DNA of 64,000 bases from the NCBI RefSeq assembly GCF_009914755.1, contig NC_060936.1; one strand, 5' to 3'. Shown here piece by piece: positions 1 to 12,823 of this stretch. This DNA is from the human T2T-CHM13v2.0 reference genome, Homo sapiens. Below the pieces are notes generated by a model, which worked only from the letters and a program-made list of their open reading frames with translations, ran no database searches and had not been told where the DNA came from. The position numbers were made by a program, and so were the translations under genes. How positions within the stretch are numbered: position 1 is the stretch's first letter; every line of letters begins with the position of its first letter.

Positions 1-705
1 GGCTCTTCCTCCCCACACCTGGCCCCCGCTCCTCAGCACTGTGCCCCCCAGCTAGCGGCTCTTCCTCCCCACCCTCTGGCTTGGCCGCCATCTTTCAGCG
101 GCCTCTTCAGGCTCAGCTGCCACAGCAACCTGAAAGAAGGGGGCACGTTCTAATTAACACTGAGAGGCTCATTAGAGAGACGGAGGCCCCCGCGCCCCTG
201 CCGCTGCTTCTTCTGGCAGAAGCTGAGAAATTGCTCTCTTGGCAGGGGGCGAGGCCATCATTCCTCCTGGTTCCTGGGGTTTAGAGGGAAGTGAGCAGAG
301 CTGCTCCCTGGCCTACAGGCCCAGAGACCCCCCACTCCCTGGGGCTGCCTACCCTCCCGCACCTCTCTCTGCTCTCTGACCTGGCCCTGGTTCAGAACGG
401 GATTGGGGTAGACGGGAGGGCCTCGCTGTCATGGATGGAGCTGACCTGGGCCATTACTGAGTCCCCAGGTCCTGCCAGGATGCCAGGGTGGGAGGAAGGA
501 TGGAGTGCTGGGTTCCAAGCCCCGGCCTGGACAAGAGTCTGGAATTTGATTTCCCTGGGGTCACAAGAGAGAATTCAGTTTAGTTCATGTCTGCAAACAC
601 TTATTCAGCCTCAGCCACAGGTCTGGCACAGCACTGGGCACAAGAGATGCAGAGACAGATGTCTTGCCTGTGATGGACAGTCCGCAGCGAGAGCTCTGAG
701 CAGGG

Positions 706-771
706 GGTGGCACTGAGCATTGAGGGTGGGGAGGAAGGTGGCACTGAGCATTGAGGGTGGGGAGGAAGGTG
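706..771. repeat. 31-nt tandem duplication
   Basis: ggtggcactgagcattgagggtggggaggaa at 706 and 737. Confidence 0.9.
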
Positions 772-2569
772 TAGGGGACAGTGCAGGTTGGGGGCCTGGC
801 AGGCCCAACTCTGGGATCAGTGGGAGTTGGTTGATAAATGGGTTAGGACACACGATGGTGAACCCGGAACTGAATTCCAGTGTTATTCAGGGAGCAGTTG
901 CTCCATGCCAGTTAAGGTGCTCGGTGCTGGACAGGATGACTAAGACATATTTGATGCCGTGAATAACTTATGCTCTGTTGGAGCCTGGGGGAGGGAAAGG
1001 GAGGGAAGGATGGGTTGGAGAAATGCCACAAAGATTAGTGGAGGAGACTGAGTGTCAAAGAGAAATTGGGGCCCGAGGCAGGGAGACCCCGTCTGTTCGG
1101 GGCATTGAGAGGGCTGCATGGAGGAGACACATTTGAGATAGGTCTCGAAGAAGAGGACATTTCTACCTGGAGGAAAGGGGAGGCTGGGAGTTGAGGTTGG
1201 GGAGAGCATTGCAGGCTGGGAGAGAACACAAATGAGTCCCCAAGCAGGGAGCCTCGTGGGGGCGGTCGGGGGAGAGCAGGCAGGAGCTGCTGAGCAATGT
1301 GGACTTTGTGGAGTAGGACTTTGTGGCCCAGCCAGATTGTTAGGGTTGGAAAACCAGGAAGAAGCGTTTTTATCTGTTTGGGGCAATGGTTCTCAAACAA
1401 AGAAAAGCCTGTGTTGACACCTGCTGTCTGAGAGCTTGGGTCTGGTTCTGCAGTGTAAGGTGATGGTGGGAGTAAGAAGGACACAGAGATAGTAAGGATG
1501 CTGCTGGCATGGTCCAAGTGGGAAGAAAAAGAGCCCTACGTGGTGACATTCTGGAAGGATATCATGGATGATTGCAAAAGGTATAGGGGTGGGGGGTCCC
1601 AGGAGCTACAGGAGGCTGACAAACACAGTGGACAGGGCAAACGAAAACCCCAGGACAAGGCAAGTTTCCCAGGCTGGGTGCTTGTCAGGCCAATAAGGAA
1701 GTCAACAAGAGCTGGTTTGGGTGAGGTAGGGAAAACAGTGGCATAGCCTAGATGGACAGAGGATACACAGGCTGCTGGAAATGTGGGTCTAGGATCAAGG
1801 CTAGGTATGGAGGCTTGAGAGTCATTCCCATCATTGTCACTGTCACCATTAAGCAGCTACCACTTATGAAGCTCCTGCTCTCTGCTGGGTGCTCCATGAA
1901 ATAATTTAATCCTCACAAGAAGATACAGGGTCAGCAGGATAAACCCCACTTAATAGATATGAAAACTGAGAGTCAAAGATGTTAAATTCATCCAAGTCCA
2001 ATCAGCTGGGATCTGGGGCTGGCCATTCCCCTTACTTGCCACTTGCTCACCGGCCCATCAAAGTAGAAGTTAAGAGAGTGGACTGGGTCCTCAGAGGGAA
2101 GGCAGACAGGGCTGAGAAGGTATCCACCTGGGGAGCACGTTTACAGTGACCTGGAAGGCTCTGACTGACACAGCTCCCTTCTTAATTCATTGTTAATTAT
2201 CACCCATCACGGGCTCCTCTGATGATGTCCAACACAGAAGCCGTGGATGATGTCCAGAGTGTACGGGGAAAATTAAAACGTGTGGAGACTGGCAGTGGCA
2301 CCCATGTGACTCGTAATCAGCACACGTAGGGGTTTTGTGGCCAGAATACAGGATTAAGGGGTTGTAGGGAGACAGGACAACCAGGATAGACTGAGTCATG
2401 AGCACTGGGGAGAGTTGCAGAAAGGAGCCAGGAGGGAGGCTGAGGAGGCCCCTGGGGCTGAGTGACAAGCCCCAGATCTGCCTCTTCCTTGCTGGTTGGC
2501 CTTGGATGAGTTTAACATCTCTCGCCCTTGACTGAGATGGGAGGCAGCAGGACCCAGAGCACAGGGCTC

Positions 2570-2967
2570 AGGGCAGGGTTGGGTCAGCATCTGGCCTTTG
2601 CTCCTGGAGTGAGGCACAGGTTAGTGTTCTGGAGGTTCAGTGTAAAATAGGAAGAAAGGGAACAGGCTAGGGCAGGGTTGGGTCAGTATCTGGCATTTGC
2701 TCCTGGAGTGAGGCAGAGGTTAGTGTTCTGGAGGTTCAGTGTAAAATAGGAAGAAAGGGAACAGGCTAGGGCAGGGTTGGGTCAGCATCTGGCATTTGCT
2801 CCTGGAGTGAGGCAGAGGTTAGTGTTCTGGAGGTTCAGTGTGAAATAGGAAGAAAGGGAACAGGCTAGGGCAGGGTTGGGTCAGTATCTGGCATTTGCTC
2901 CTGGAGTGAGGCAGAGGTTATTGTTCTGGAGGTTCAGTGTAAAATAGGAAGAAAGGGAACAGGCTAG
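2570..2967. repeat. Minisatellite, 4 x 99 nt
   Basis: Unit gggcagggttgggtcag...gaacaggcta starts at 2571, 2670, 2769 and 2868, with few mismatches. Confidence 0.95.
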
Positions 2968-3598
2968 TGCCCCAGCGGCAGCGGAGTCAGCAGTTACGCT
3001 GTAGCCTGGGGAGATCTGTGGCCAGGTGCAAAGCTGCAGATAGGACGAAGGAAATGGGAGTAAAAAGAGCATGTGTAGGGTGAGCTGAACACACAAAGGA
3101 GGCAGGAGCGGGAGAGCGTCTGCTGAGTCAGATTAGGAAGGTTTTTGAGAGTCACAAATATAACTTTGGAATTAATTTGTCGAATACACACTCATTGAAG
3201 GCCCACTATGTGCTGGGCACTGTCCAAGCATTGGAGGAGATAGCAGTGGCCACGGCAGGTGAAATCTGCCCTCGTGGGACTTGATGTCTAGTAGAGGATG
3301 TGATGGGACAGATGCAAGAATTTAAAATCTGGTTTTCTTTCCTGCTTGGGTGAAGCATAGACATTGCCCAGTAGTACACGGAGTCTCCTAGGGTTATGTC
3401 AGCTGGTCTTCTGCCTTCAAGCAGGATGATACCATGCCAAGGGCATGGACCCCATCACCATTTTGGAAGCATCTCAAGCAATGGATTTCATACCTTCCCT
3501 GTGTTGCCAACAGCATCTCGTGCTGCAAAAGGATGCTCTTGGGCCTGGGGTTTTCCTAGAAGTATAAATAGGCCAGACGGGAAAGAAATGTGAAATCT

Positions 3599-4145
<547 letters not shown>

Positions 4146-4451
4146 TCAGTTTCTCATGGTGCTTGAATAGGGCTGACAGACAGAAATTGAGAGAAAAGGA
4201 GACATTTTAGTGATCAGTTCCCCTTCCTCTCTACATTTCCCCTTGGGGAAGGACTTTCCTGCCTGAGCCAAAGCCAAGTCCCTATTCCAGGCCTCAGGGA
4301 ATGTGTCAAAGTTCAGCAGGGAGAATGAGCCAAGCTACATTATTTCCGCAGGAGCAGGAACAGAATGCCTCAGAGGCAAGTATCTGTGTCTCTTATGGGT
4401 GCATGAGGTCATACCTAGTAAAGATCAAGTGGGGAAGTGTCCAGTTCGTAC

Positions 4452-5018
4452 CGTGGGCAAAATTCTCAGATGGCCCCCAAGTCCCCTTCATGCTAGTGTA
4501 CACATCCTATATAATCCCCTTCCCTTGAGTATGGGCAGGATGAGTGAATGTGATGGGACATCACTCCAATGATTAGGTTACCAATTGGTTGATTTTGAGT
4601 TAATAAAAAGAAACATCACCCAGGGTGGGTCTGAGCTAATCAGGTCAGCCCTATAAATGAAGCTGAAGCCCCAGACAGACACTGTGCCGTTAGCCTTGAA
4701 GGACCAAGCTATCAGGTTATGAAGCAGGCCACATGGTAGGGGACAGCAGGCAACCTCTAGTGACTGAGGGCCTAAGTCCTGTGATTACAAGGAATTGAAT
4801 TGTGCCAACAAGAGCGAGCTCAAAGGAGGACCCCACACCTTAGATGATATTGCAGCCCTGACTGATATCTTGGTTTCAGCCTGGTGAGATCCCGAGCAGA
4901 TAACCCAGATGAGCTGTGCCCAGACTAGATTCACAGAGCTGCATGAGAAATAAACAGGTGCTACTTTAAGTGGCTGGATTTGTGGTCATGTGTTACACAG
5001 CAATAGATGAGGAATACA
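4452..5018 (+). mobile_element. Old MaLR LTR (MLT1E/F-like)
   Basis: Typical MLT1 motifs (ataatccccttcccttgagt...gaaataaacaggtgctactttaag...gttacacagcaatagat); recognised by eye. Confidence 0.6.
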
Positions 5019-5539
5019 CTTGGTGTGGTTTAGAGCACCTTGAAGACCCCTCCAATAGGGGGATTGTGATAGCACTGGGAGCTTCCTCCTGCTCAGGGCC
5101 TTGTCCCTCATGAAATGCAAGTAACTTTGGGAGAAGCCATATAGGAAGGCTTAGTCGCCATTTACACATTAATCTGCGTGAGTTCCAACGATCTCCAAGG
5201 GTAGAGTTGGATGTTGGGGGAGACAGAATGATGTCCCCAGGTTTGGGAATGGGGAATGGGAATGGCCAGGCTGGAAGCACTGGAGGCAAGCACTAAGGAT
5301 GTCTCATTTTATCTGGGATTGTCCTTGGGGATTGGGGTTGAATCCACAAGGTGTCCTGAGCTAAGAGGCTACCTCTGCTAGCGTGGAATGGGGCACCCAT
5401 CACACCCTGCAGGGAGGGAGCAGAGGGCACGGCTGGGCTGTGGGAGGCAGGCATTCATTCTGGCTGCAGCCTTTGGGGGCTCCAGTGGAGCAGGAAGCAG
5501 GTTGAAGTGTTGTGCTGAGGGATGAAGTATGGCCTTTCT

Positions 5540-5611
5540 ATCTGTACCCTCGCCATCCATGATCCCTGGAGAACAATCTGTACCCTCCCCACCCATGATC
5601 CCTGGAGAACA
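5540..5611. repeat. 36-nt tandem duplication
   Basis: atctgtaccctc..ca.ccatgatccctggagaaca twice. Confidence 0.85.
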
Positions 5612-6278
5612 CGGGACGTCCCTGTTCTTGCCTTGAGTCGTTCATCTCGGCGCACCCATCCCGATTCTTCGTTCATTCGGGAAGGACACCACGTGTAAGT
5701 GGCATGTCTGGTTGTGAATAGGAAACACTCGCACTTCCCAAACTTCTCTGAGGGCTGATCAGAGTCTAGGATGCCACCATTTAAGCCCATCACCTTCACA
5801 CAGGCCTTGTCCCTTATTTAAAGGCAGAAGCCTCTGGGGGCATGGCTGTCATACCTCCCCAGTCCTTTCCTGAGAAGTTTCCATAGGGAGGAAAAGTGAG
5901 AGCGTAGCAACCTGAGAGGAGAAAACCCACGGACAGGAGGACAGAGCCGAGAGGAGGCACGCTGGCCCCCTGACAGAAGTTTTCCTGGGATCAGATCTGC
6001 CCAGGTGAGGTGCCATGCCCCCAAGCCCACCCCACCCAGCCCTGCCCTGGTTGGACAGCTCCCACCGTAAGAGCAGAGGTGACTCAAATTGGGGAACTCT
6101 TGGTAATGGTGGCCTGGAGGGACCCCCATTCTTGAGACACCCACTCAACTTTTTAGCAAATCCACGTTTACTGAGCAGCTAACTATGTACTGGGAACACA
6201 CAGATGGTCCAACCCCAATCCCGACCCTTCTGATGTTCCCAGGGAAAGGAGCCACCCCAACACAGAGACATGGTTGCT

Positions 6279-6406
6279 GGGGAGGAGCAGGGAAGCACGA
6301 GGAGCTGTGAGGGTTTTTAGCATTTATGTTTTTCATTGTTTAGGGGAGGAGCGGGGAAGCACGAGGAGCTGTGAGGTTTTTTAGCATTTCTGTTTTTCAT
6401 TGTTTA
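6279..6406. repeat. 64-nt tandem duplication
   Basis: ggggaggagc.gggaagcacgaggagctgtgagg...tttttcattgttta at 6279 and 6343. Confidence 0.9.
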
Positions 6407-6655
6407 TTGTTTTAAAGTGTGCACAAAAGTAGAAACGACAGTGTTATAAACTCCCCCGTAGCTATCATCCAGCTGTAACCATTTTATTAATATTTATTAA
6501 CATTAATATTGTGTCATCTAACTCTTCCACATTTTTTGACAGAATATTTTAACACAACTTCAAGATATCATGCATTTTACCCATAAGTACTTCTGTATGC
6601 ATCTCTGACATGAACTTAAAAAAAAAAAAAAAGAAGAAAAGAAAAGAAAAAAACA

Positions 6656-6948
6656 GAGACAAGGTCTCACTGTTTTGCCCAGGCTGGAGTGCTGTGGTAC
6701 AATCATAGCTCACTGTAATCTCCAACTCCTTGGGCTCAAGCAGTCCTCCCACCTCAGCCTTCCCAGTAGCTGAGGACCACAGGCGTGCGCGCACCAGGAC
6801 ACCCAGTTAATTTTTTTTTTTTTTTCAAGAGAGAGACAAGGTCTAGCTATGTTGCCCAGCCTGGTCGCAAACTCCTGAGCTCAAGCAATCTTCTCTCCTT
6901 AGCCTCCCAAGATGCTAGGACTGCAGGCCTGAGCTAATGCGCCCGGCC
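6656..6948 (-). mobile_element. AluJ element, antisense
   Basis: Reverse-complement Alu dimer gagacaaggtctcact...gcgcccggcc with central T-run. Confidence 0.9.
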
Positions 6949-7099
6949 ATGAACATTTTGTAATACCCGCCACAGCATCGATATCTGAACGCCATATGCA
7001 GCACCTCCCTCCTGGCCCTTGAGACATCACTAGTCCCCAGAACGGACCCCTCCGTCCTACACCTCTAGGAGTCTTGCCACGTGGCCAGGACGTTCTAGG

Positions 7100-8400
7100 C
7101 GGTTCAGACTTTAGCTGCCCAGGAGCGCCCCCCCGCCCCCGTCCATTCCTGGGCCCCACCCGAGTGTGGCCGGGTGACTCCACCACTCCTCAGAAGGGCT
7201 GACCACCCTTCCCCTCTGAGCCCTTCCTCCTCTCTGTCCTCGTCCTTGCAGATTGAAATGCTAGAACATAAGTACGGCGGTCACCTGGTGTCCCGGCGCG
7301 CCGCTTGCACCATCCAAACCGCCTTCCGCCAATACCAGCTCAGCAAGAACTTCGAGAAAATCCGCAACTCGCTTCTGGAGAGCCGCCTGCCACGGCGGAT
7401 CTCCCTGCGCAAGGTGCGGTCACCCACGGCCGAGAGCCTGGCGGCCGAGAAAGCGCTCATGGAGGGCTACGGCCTCGTGGGGCTGCCGCTGGTGCGCTCG
7501 CCCTCCCTGCCGCCCACCTTCGCAGGCACCCTCACCGAGCTGGAGGACTCCTTCACCGAGCAGGTGCAATCCCTGGCCAAGTCCATCGACGACGCGCTCA
7601 GCACGTGGAGCCTCAAGACCATGTGCTCCCTGCGGGAGAGTGGCGCTTACCAGCTCCACCAGGCCCTGCAGGCGGCCGCGGGGCCCCCAGGCCTGGAGGC
7701 CGAGGGGCGGGCGCCGGAAAGCGCGGGCCCCGGGCCCGGGGATGACGCCGCGGAGACCCCCGGCCTGCCCCCGGCCCACAGCGGGACCCTCATGATGGCT
7801 TTCCGGGACGTCACGGTGCAGATCGCCAACCAGAACATATCCGTCTCCTCCTCCACGGCTCTGTCGGTGGCCAACTGCCTGGGCGCTCAGACGGTCCAGG
7901 CCCCCGCAGAGCCCGCGGCGGGCAAGGCCGAGCAGGGCGAGACCTCTGGGCGGGAGGCCCCGGAAGCCCCCGCCGTGGGCCGGGAGGACGCGTCAGCCGA
8001 GGACTCATGCGCAGAGGCTGGGGCTAGTGGGGCGGCGGATGGGGCCACAGCCCCCAAAACAGAGGAGGAAGAGGAGGAGGAGGAGACGGCGGAGGTGGGG
8101 AGAGGGGCCGAGGCCGAGGCAGGCGACTTGGAGCAGCTGAGCAGCAGCAGCACGTCCACCAAGTCCGCCAAGTCAGGCTCGGAGGCGTCGGCCTCCGCCT
8201 CCAAGGACGCCCTGCAGGCCATGATCCTGAGCCTGCCGCGCTACCACTGCGAGAACCCAGCCAGCTGCAAGTCGCCCACGCTCTCCACCGACACCCTGCG
8301 CAAGCGGCTCTACCGCATCGGCCTCAACCTCTTCAACATGTAAGTCAGCCCCGGCCCCCAGCCCGGAGTCCTGGGCGTCCTGGGAGGGAGGGAAGGAGGA
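7100..8400. promoter_or_regulatory. Intragenic CpG island over IQSEC3 exon 4
   Basis: Very GC- and CpG-rich compared with the flanks. Confidence 0.7.
7252..8339 (+). CDS. IQSEC3: IQSEC3 coding exon 4 (IQ motif, acidic/Ser-rich linker, start of Sec7)
   Basis: Acceptor ccttgcag|ATTGAAATG; [36 protein letters not shown]...[13 protein letters not shown]; donor AT|gtaagt; 1088 nt. Confidence 0.97.
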
Positions 8401-10107
8401 GGGCACCTTCCCTCCACCAAGCAGGGCGCCAGGTAACTTCCCACGTCATGCCAGGGTCCTCCAGGCAGGCGCATCTGTGCCGTGCCTGATCCCTGAGGTC
8501 ATGTTTAGGAAGTACATATTTTATTTTAATCATCCTGAGTTTATTTTAAGAAAGATTAAAGGAAAAAAATAACACATCAGACACATGCTTTCACAACTGT
8601 TACAGCTTAAGATGAAGCTAGGGTTTGAAAAGTAAGAGAATGTAAAAGAAAAGACAGTATTAAGTAAATAACAGTCCAGGCCGTTTGAGGATTACGCAGC
8701 AATCATTCGGGTGGATATGAAGCCAGGGAAAACGCATTAGCTCCCAGGGTTGGTGAAATGCGAGGCTGGGTGGGGGAGGGAGGAGAGGCGCCTCGTAAAG
8801 AATGCCGGCTGAGAGCAGGAGAGGGGAGGGCTACGAGGAAGAGAGAGTGTGAAGCAGGCAGAGGCACAGGAGAAAGAGAACAGGGGAGAAATGACCGACC
8901 GCCATAGCTCAGAGACCCCAGCGAGACCGGGACTGGTCCTGCACCGAATGTATACAGCCAGTCCCAAGCAGAGGAAAGGAAGCACACCTGCCCCTCCCAT
9001 GGAAATGTCAGGTCCAGGAGGCAGGCACTCGCCTCCATCCTCCACTCGCCCCTTCATAACCCTGCGCCAAGAGCACATCTCCCCGGCCCTAATGCGTGTT
9101 CATTCGTTCATTCGGCTGTTATTTATTGGGTGCCAGGCACTGTGACCACAGAGGTGAGAAGGACACATCCCCTGGCCTCAAGAGGCTCCTATTCTAGGGG
9201 AAGTAGCTACTGTTCATAGCTCACCTTACATAAAGCATCTGTAATCTTCCAGCAGTATCTACACAGAGGTATTACCATGCTGTTTTACAGAAAAGAAGCC
9301 GGCTCACACCAGTAAGGCGAAATGCACACGATGAAATAGCTAGTACTCGGCAGACCTAGGGAAAGGCGGATCTGACTCTGAACCACTCCCACTTCTGCAG
9401 TGTCTCTTCTGCATGCACATGAAAACTCATACAGACACTCATCTGCCCCAAGACAGGAATTCTTAAACTATCCATAGTGAAGAACCAGTTTTGTTCCCCC
9501 ACACCCTTCTGAAAATACATTGTGGGCTAATACTTTTGTAAAATACAATAAAAATGAGGTGCTAGAAAGACAATCACATGCCTGGCTGTCCCGGAAAATG
9601 TCGAAATGCTATGGGAGGTTCTCAGTGCTTACCTTGTGTTTCTGTACTTATCTCCTCCCGGACCTGTGAGGAACAGCTCAGGGAGCAGCATGGCTTCAAA
9701 GCTTGCAAAGGGAAGAGGTGGTGTGGCGGAGGTCTCACCTCTGTTTCTCCCACCCTCTCTCCAGGGTTGGGGCGTCTGCGGTGGGGACCTGCATATTGAC
9801 AACAGGATATGGGTAGGGGGAAGGGCAGGACTGGGGTAAGACCCAGGAGGCAGGGACAGAGAAGGGTACTTCTCCTCCATCTGCTCTGGAATTCACTTTG
9901 TTTGCAGACTCCCCTGTCCTCCTTCTGGTCACACACCATCCTCTGCGCGAGGACATTCAGTGGGTTGAGGCTCTGGTGAGAGAAGCTTCAATGGGGAACT
10001 GGATTTCCAAGAACCTCTGGGTACTTCTATGGGTGGAAGACAGGGAGGAAAGAGTCATGGATGGCTTCAGCTCACTCTCTACTGCTTCTCCCCACCCCCA
10101 CCTCCAG

Positions 10108-10269
10108 AAACCCCGACAAGGGCATCCAGTTCCTGATCTCACGCGGCTTCATCCCGGACACCCCCATCGGTGTGGCCCATTTCCTCCTCCAGCGAAAGGG
10201 CCTCAGCCGCCAGATGATTGGAGAGTTCCTGGGCAACAGCAAGAAGCAGTTCAACCGCGACGTGCTGGA
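10108..10269 (+). CDS. IQSEC3: IQSEC3 exon 5 (Sec7)
   Basis: ctccag|A AAC CCC GAC; [42 protein letters not shown]; donor GA|gtgagt; phase 2/2. Confidence 0.97.
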
Positions 10270-12542
10270 GTGAGTACCCCACACTCCGGGCTTTCCCCAC
10301 TCCTTCCCACACCCCACCTGCCCGGGCTCTCTCTGTGAGCTCCTTGGTGAAATCCTCGCTCCAGTTCTAACAGCTTCCAGCTTCCAGATTGTCCATAGGA
10401 ACCAGAATCCCCTCTTTAGCCCATCACCCCAGTGGGCCGGAGCCCTGTCTCCCGTCAGAGTCATTGATTGAGTTCGCCCCAGGCCAGGCTTCGTTTGAGG
10501 CAGCAGGGATACAGAAATGGTCCAAAGAGACAAAAAGCCCTTTCTGCCTGTCACTCTCCAGGGCAAGAGAAACCAGGAAAAGGAAAGGGCTTGTGTCAGC
10601 ACTGGGGTTCATCTCTGCCTGGTGAAGAGCCCCTCAGCCCCCCTCCCCCAGGACCCTCCCATTCTCCAAGGTTCATTTTCATATCGCTGGAGGCAAAAAT
10701 GTGAGACAGAAAAAAGAAGGGGTTAAACTGAGGGTTTTAGAGCAAGAAAATACTACAATTCCATAAAGATAAATCTACCAACAAAATCATGACCAAAGAA
10801 AAATTGTTTCTTTAAAACCAAAGAAAATGGTTTTAAAGTCCAGTAGCAGGGTGGGGACCCCCAGGGGGCTGCCTTTGCCCCCGCTCAGCCTTGATAGTGT
10901 GGACAGGCAAGAGTCTCTTCACACTCATGCCTTGTCCAGAATGGCAGGGCGGGGCTGGCGCTCCTCTGAGGCTGAGGGGCCTTGCAGCTACTCCTTCCCT
11001 GGGACATCGGCTTCAGCCCCTGCCATGCCCCCGTGCTCTTTCTGGCTTCCACTGGTCCCCGAGGTTGGCCTCCTTCTTGAAGGTCTCCATTCTTCAGGGA
11101 CCCTCCCTCATTTCTCTCCCCTCTTTCTCCTTGGGGACAGTCAGCAGAAGTGTCTCCCCGGAGGCCCTGGGAAGAGCTCTCCCTTTCATCCTCGCTCCTG
11201 GAGCAGCAAGGGACTGCCAGAGAGGGTTTGGACGCTGGGGGAGTCATCCACCCAGTGGTCAGCTTCCCTGGAGTGGGAGCTTGGATATTTCACTTCTATT
11301 TATGGAGCTGTCTTGGTGCTGTGTGCCCATATTGAGAAGCCCCTGTCCTCTGGGCCTGCGTTTCCATGCCTGCAGAGTGGTGCTGGGTTGTGAGGGCTGG
11401 ACCCATTGCCCTCTGAAATCCCTGTCACATTTCTAAATCCACTGACGCGGTGGTTTTCTGACTGAGTTCAATGAGTGAGGGCTGGGGTTCGCACAGGTAC
11501 CTTGAAATCCCTGCACAGCCCTCAGCTGGGCAGAACTGAGTTCCTGTCCCTGACTCTTGGTGGCTTTTGACAATTTATCATCCCTCCTGGAGCTGCTGGT
11601 GGAGACGCTCTGTGGACCTCAAAGAGGAAAGAGAGACAATGCTAGGCAGCGTCTCCCTCTCACCTCCTTTCTCTTCTCCCTCCGGCTTCCCTTCCCTTCC
11701 CCAGCACTGCTGTGGGGGCCCATGGAGGTGCTACTGGGATCCAGGATACATCTAGGTTGCAGAAGGGGAGAGATGGCATTTCCTCACGCCCTTCCTTTTC
11801 TGTGTCCCCTAGTTGGCTCATCTCTCTGGCTTTCCTGCACTGTTGTCCCAGTCCATCCCTTCCCAAGCCAGGGTGAGGTGCTGGCCCCGTAGCCCCAGGC
11901 ACCCCTGCTGTCTCTCTGCTCTGGGGGCAGGAGTGACTCTGCTTCACCCACAGGCCCTGACTGTTGTCTGTTTTCTTCTGTCTTTCCCAGTCTCCATGTG
12001 GCCTGCGCCCTAAATTCTAACCTGCAAGGCCCACATTGATCTGGAGTGCTGGGAACACAGCGTTTTCCTGCAGCCCAGGTGGTGCTGAGTCGCACAATGG
12101 AAACTAATTGCCCTCTTCCCTGGGAGGCTGCGTGTATGGGCTGTGGGCTGGAGGCTTGGAGCAGTGGCTGCAAGCCTGTGCTGAGGAGGGGAGCTGGGCT
12201 GGGGGCTGGGGGCTGGGCTAACCTTAGGCAGGGATCAGGCTTGGGATGGGTAGGGGCCAGACTCCCGCGTTGGTACACTCTTCCAGTGAGAAGAGGCAGC
12301 GTGGTGAGATAGGAGAAATAGCTGGACCCGGGCTCTGCTCCTCTGTGCTGTGTGGCTTTGGCAGGACACCTCTCTGGGCCTCGGTGTCCTCATCTGTAAA
12401 ATGAGAGGGCTGGGCGATGTGATTGCAAAAGTTTCTCCAAGTCCTGAGAATCTACCACCTTTCCCATCTCTTAGTGCATTGGTAGCACTGCCCTAAACAC
12501 TGGGGCATGATTTGTCATCCTGCCAGAGCAGCCCACAGGCCC

Positions 12543-12692
12543 CAGGGCCGTGCTGGGGTGCCAGAGTTCATGCAGGGCAGTGCTGGGGTGCCAGAGTTCA
12601 TGCAGGGCAGTGCTGGGGTGCCAGGGTTCATGCAGGGCAGTGCTGGGGTGCCAGGGTTCATGCAGGGCAGTGCTGGGGTGCCAGGGTTCATG
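12543..12692. repeat. Minisatellite, 5 x 30 nt
   Basis: cagggcagtgctggggtgccag(a/g)gttcatg x5. Confidence 0.95.
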
Positions 12693-12778
12693 GGGGAATG
12701 AGTTGGCCATTTGTTATTCATTCAACAAACATCGAGCACTTATTTATTGTGTGTTGAGAATGGGGCCACGCTGGGCAC

Positions 12779-12780
<2 letters not shown>

Positions 12781-12820
<40 letters not shown>
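12781..12820. repeat. (GT)20 microsatellite
   Basis: Perfect GT run. Confidence 0.98.

Positions 12821-12823
<3 letters not shown>

Noticed and set aside
7174-7251. N-terminal extension of the 389-aa ORF
   Set aside because: Intronic polypyrimidine tract upstream of the AG at 7250-7251; no true start codon
7305-8406. Overlapping alternative-frame and antisense ORFs in exon 4
   Set aside because: Expected shadow ORFs in GC-rich coding DNA
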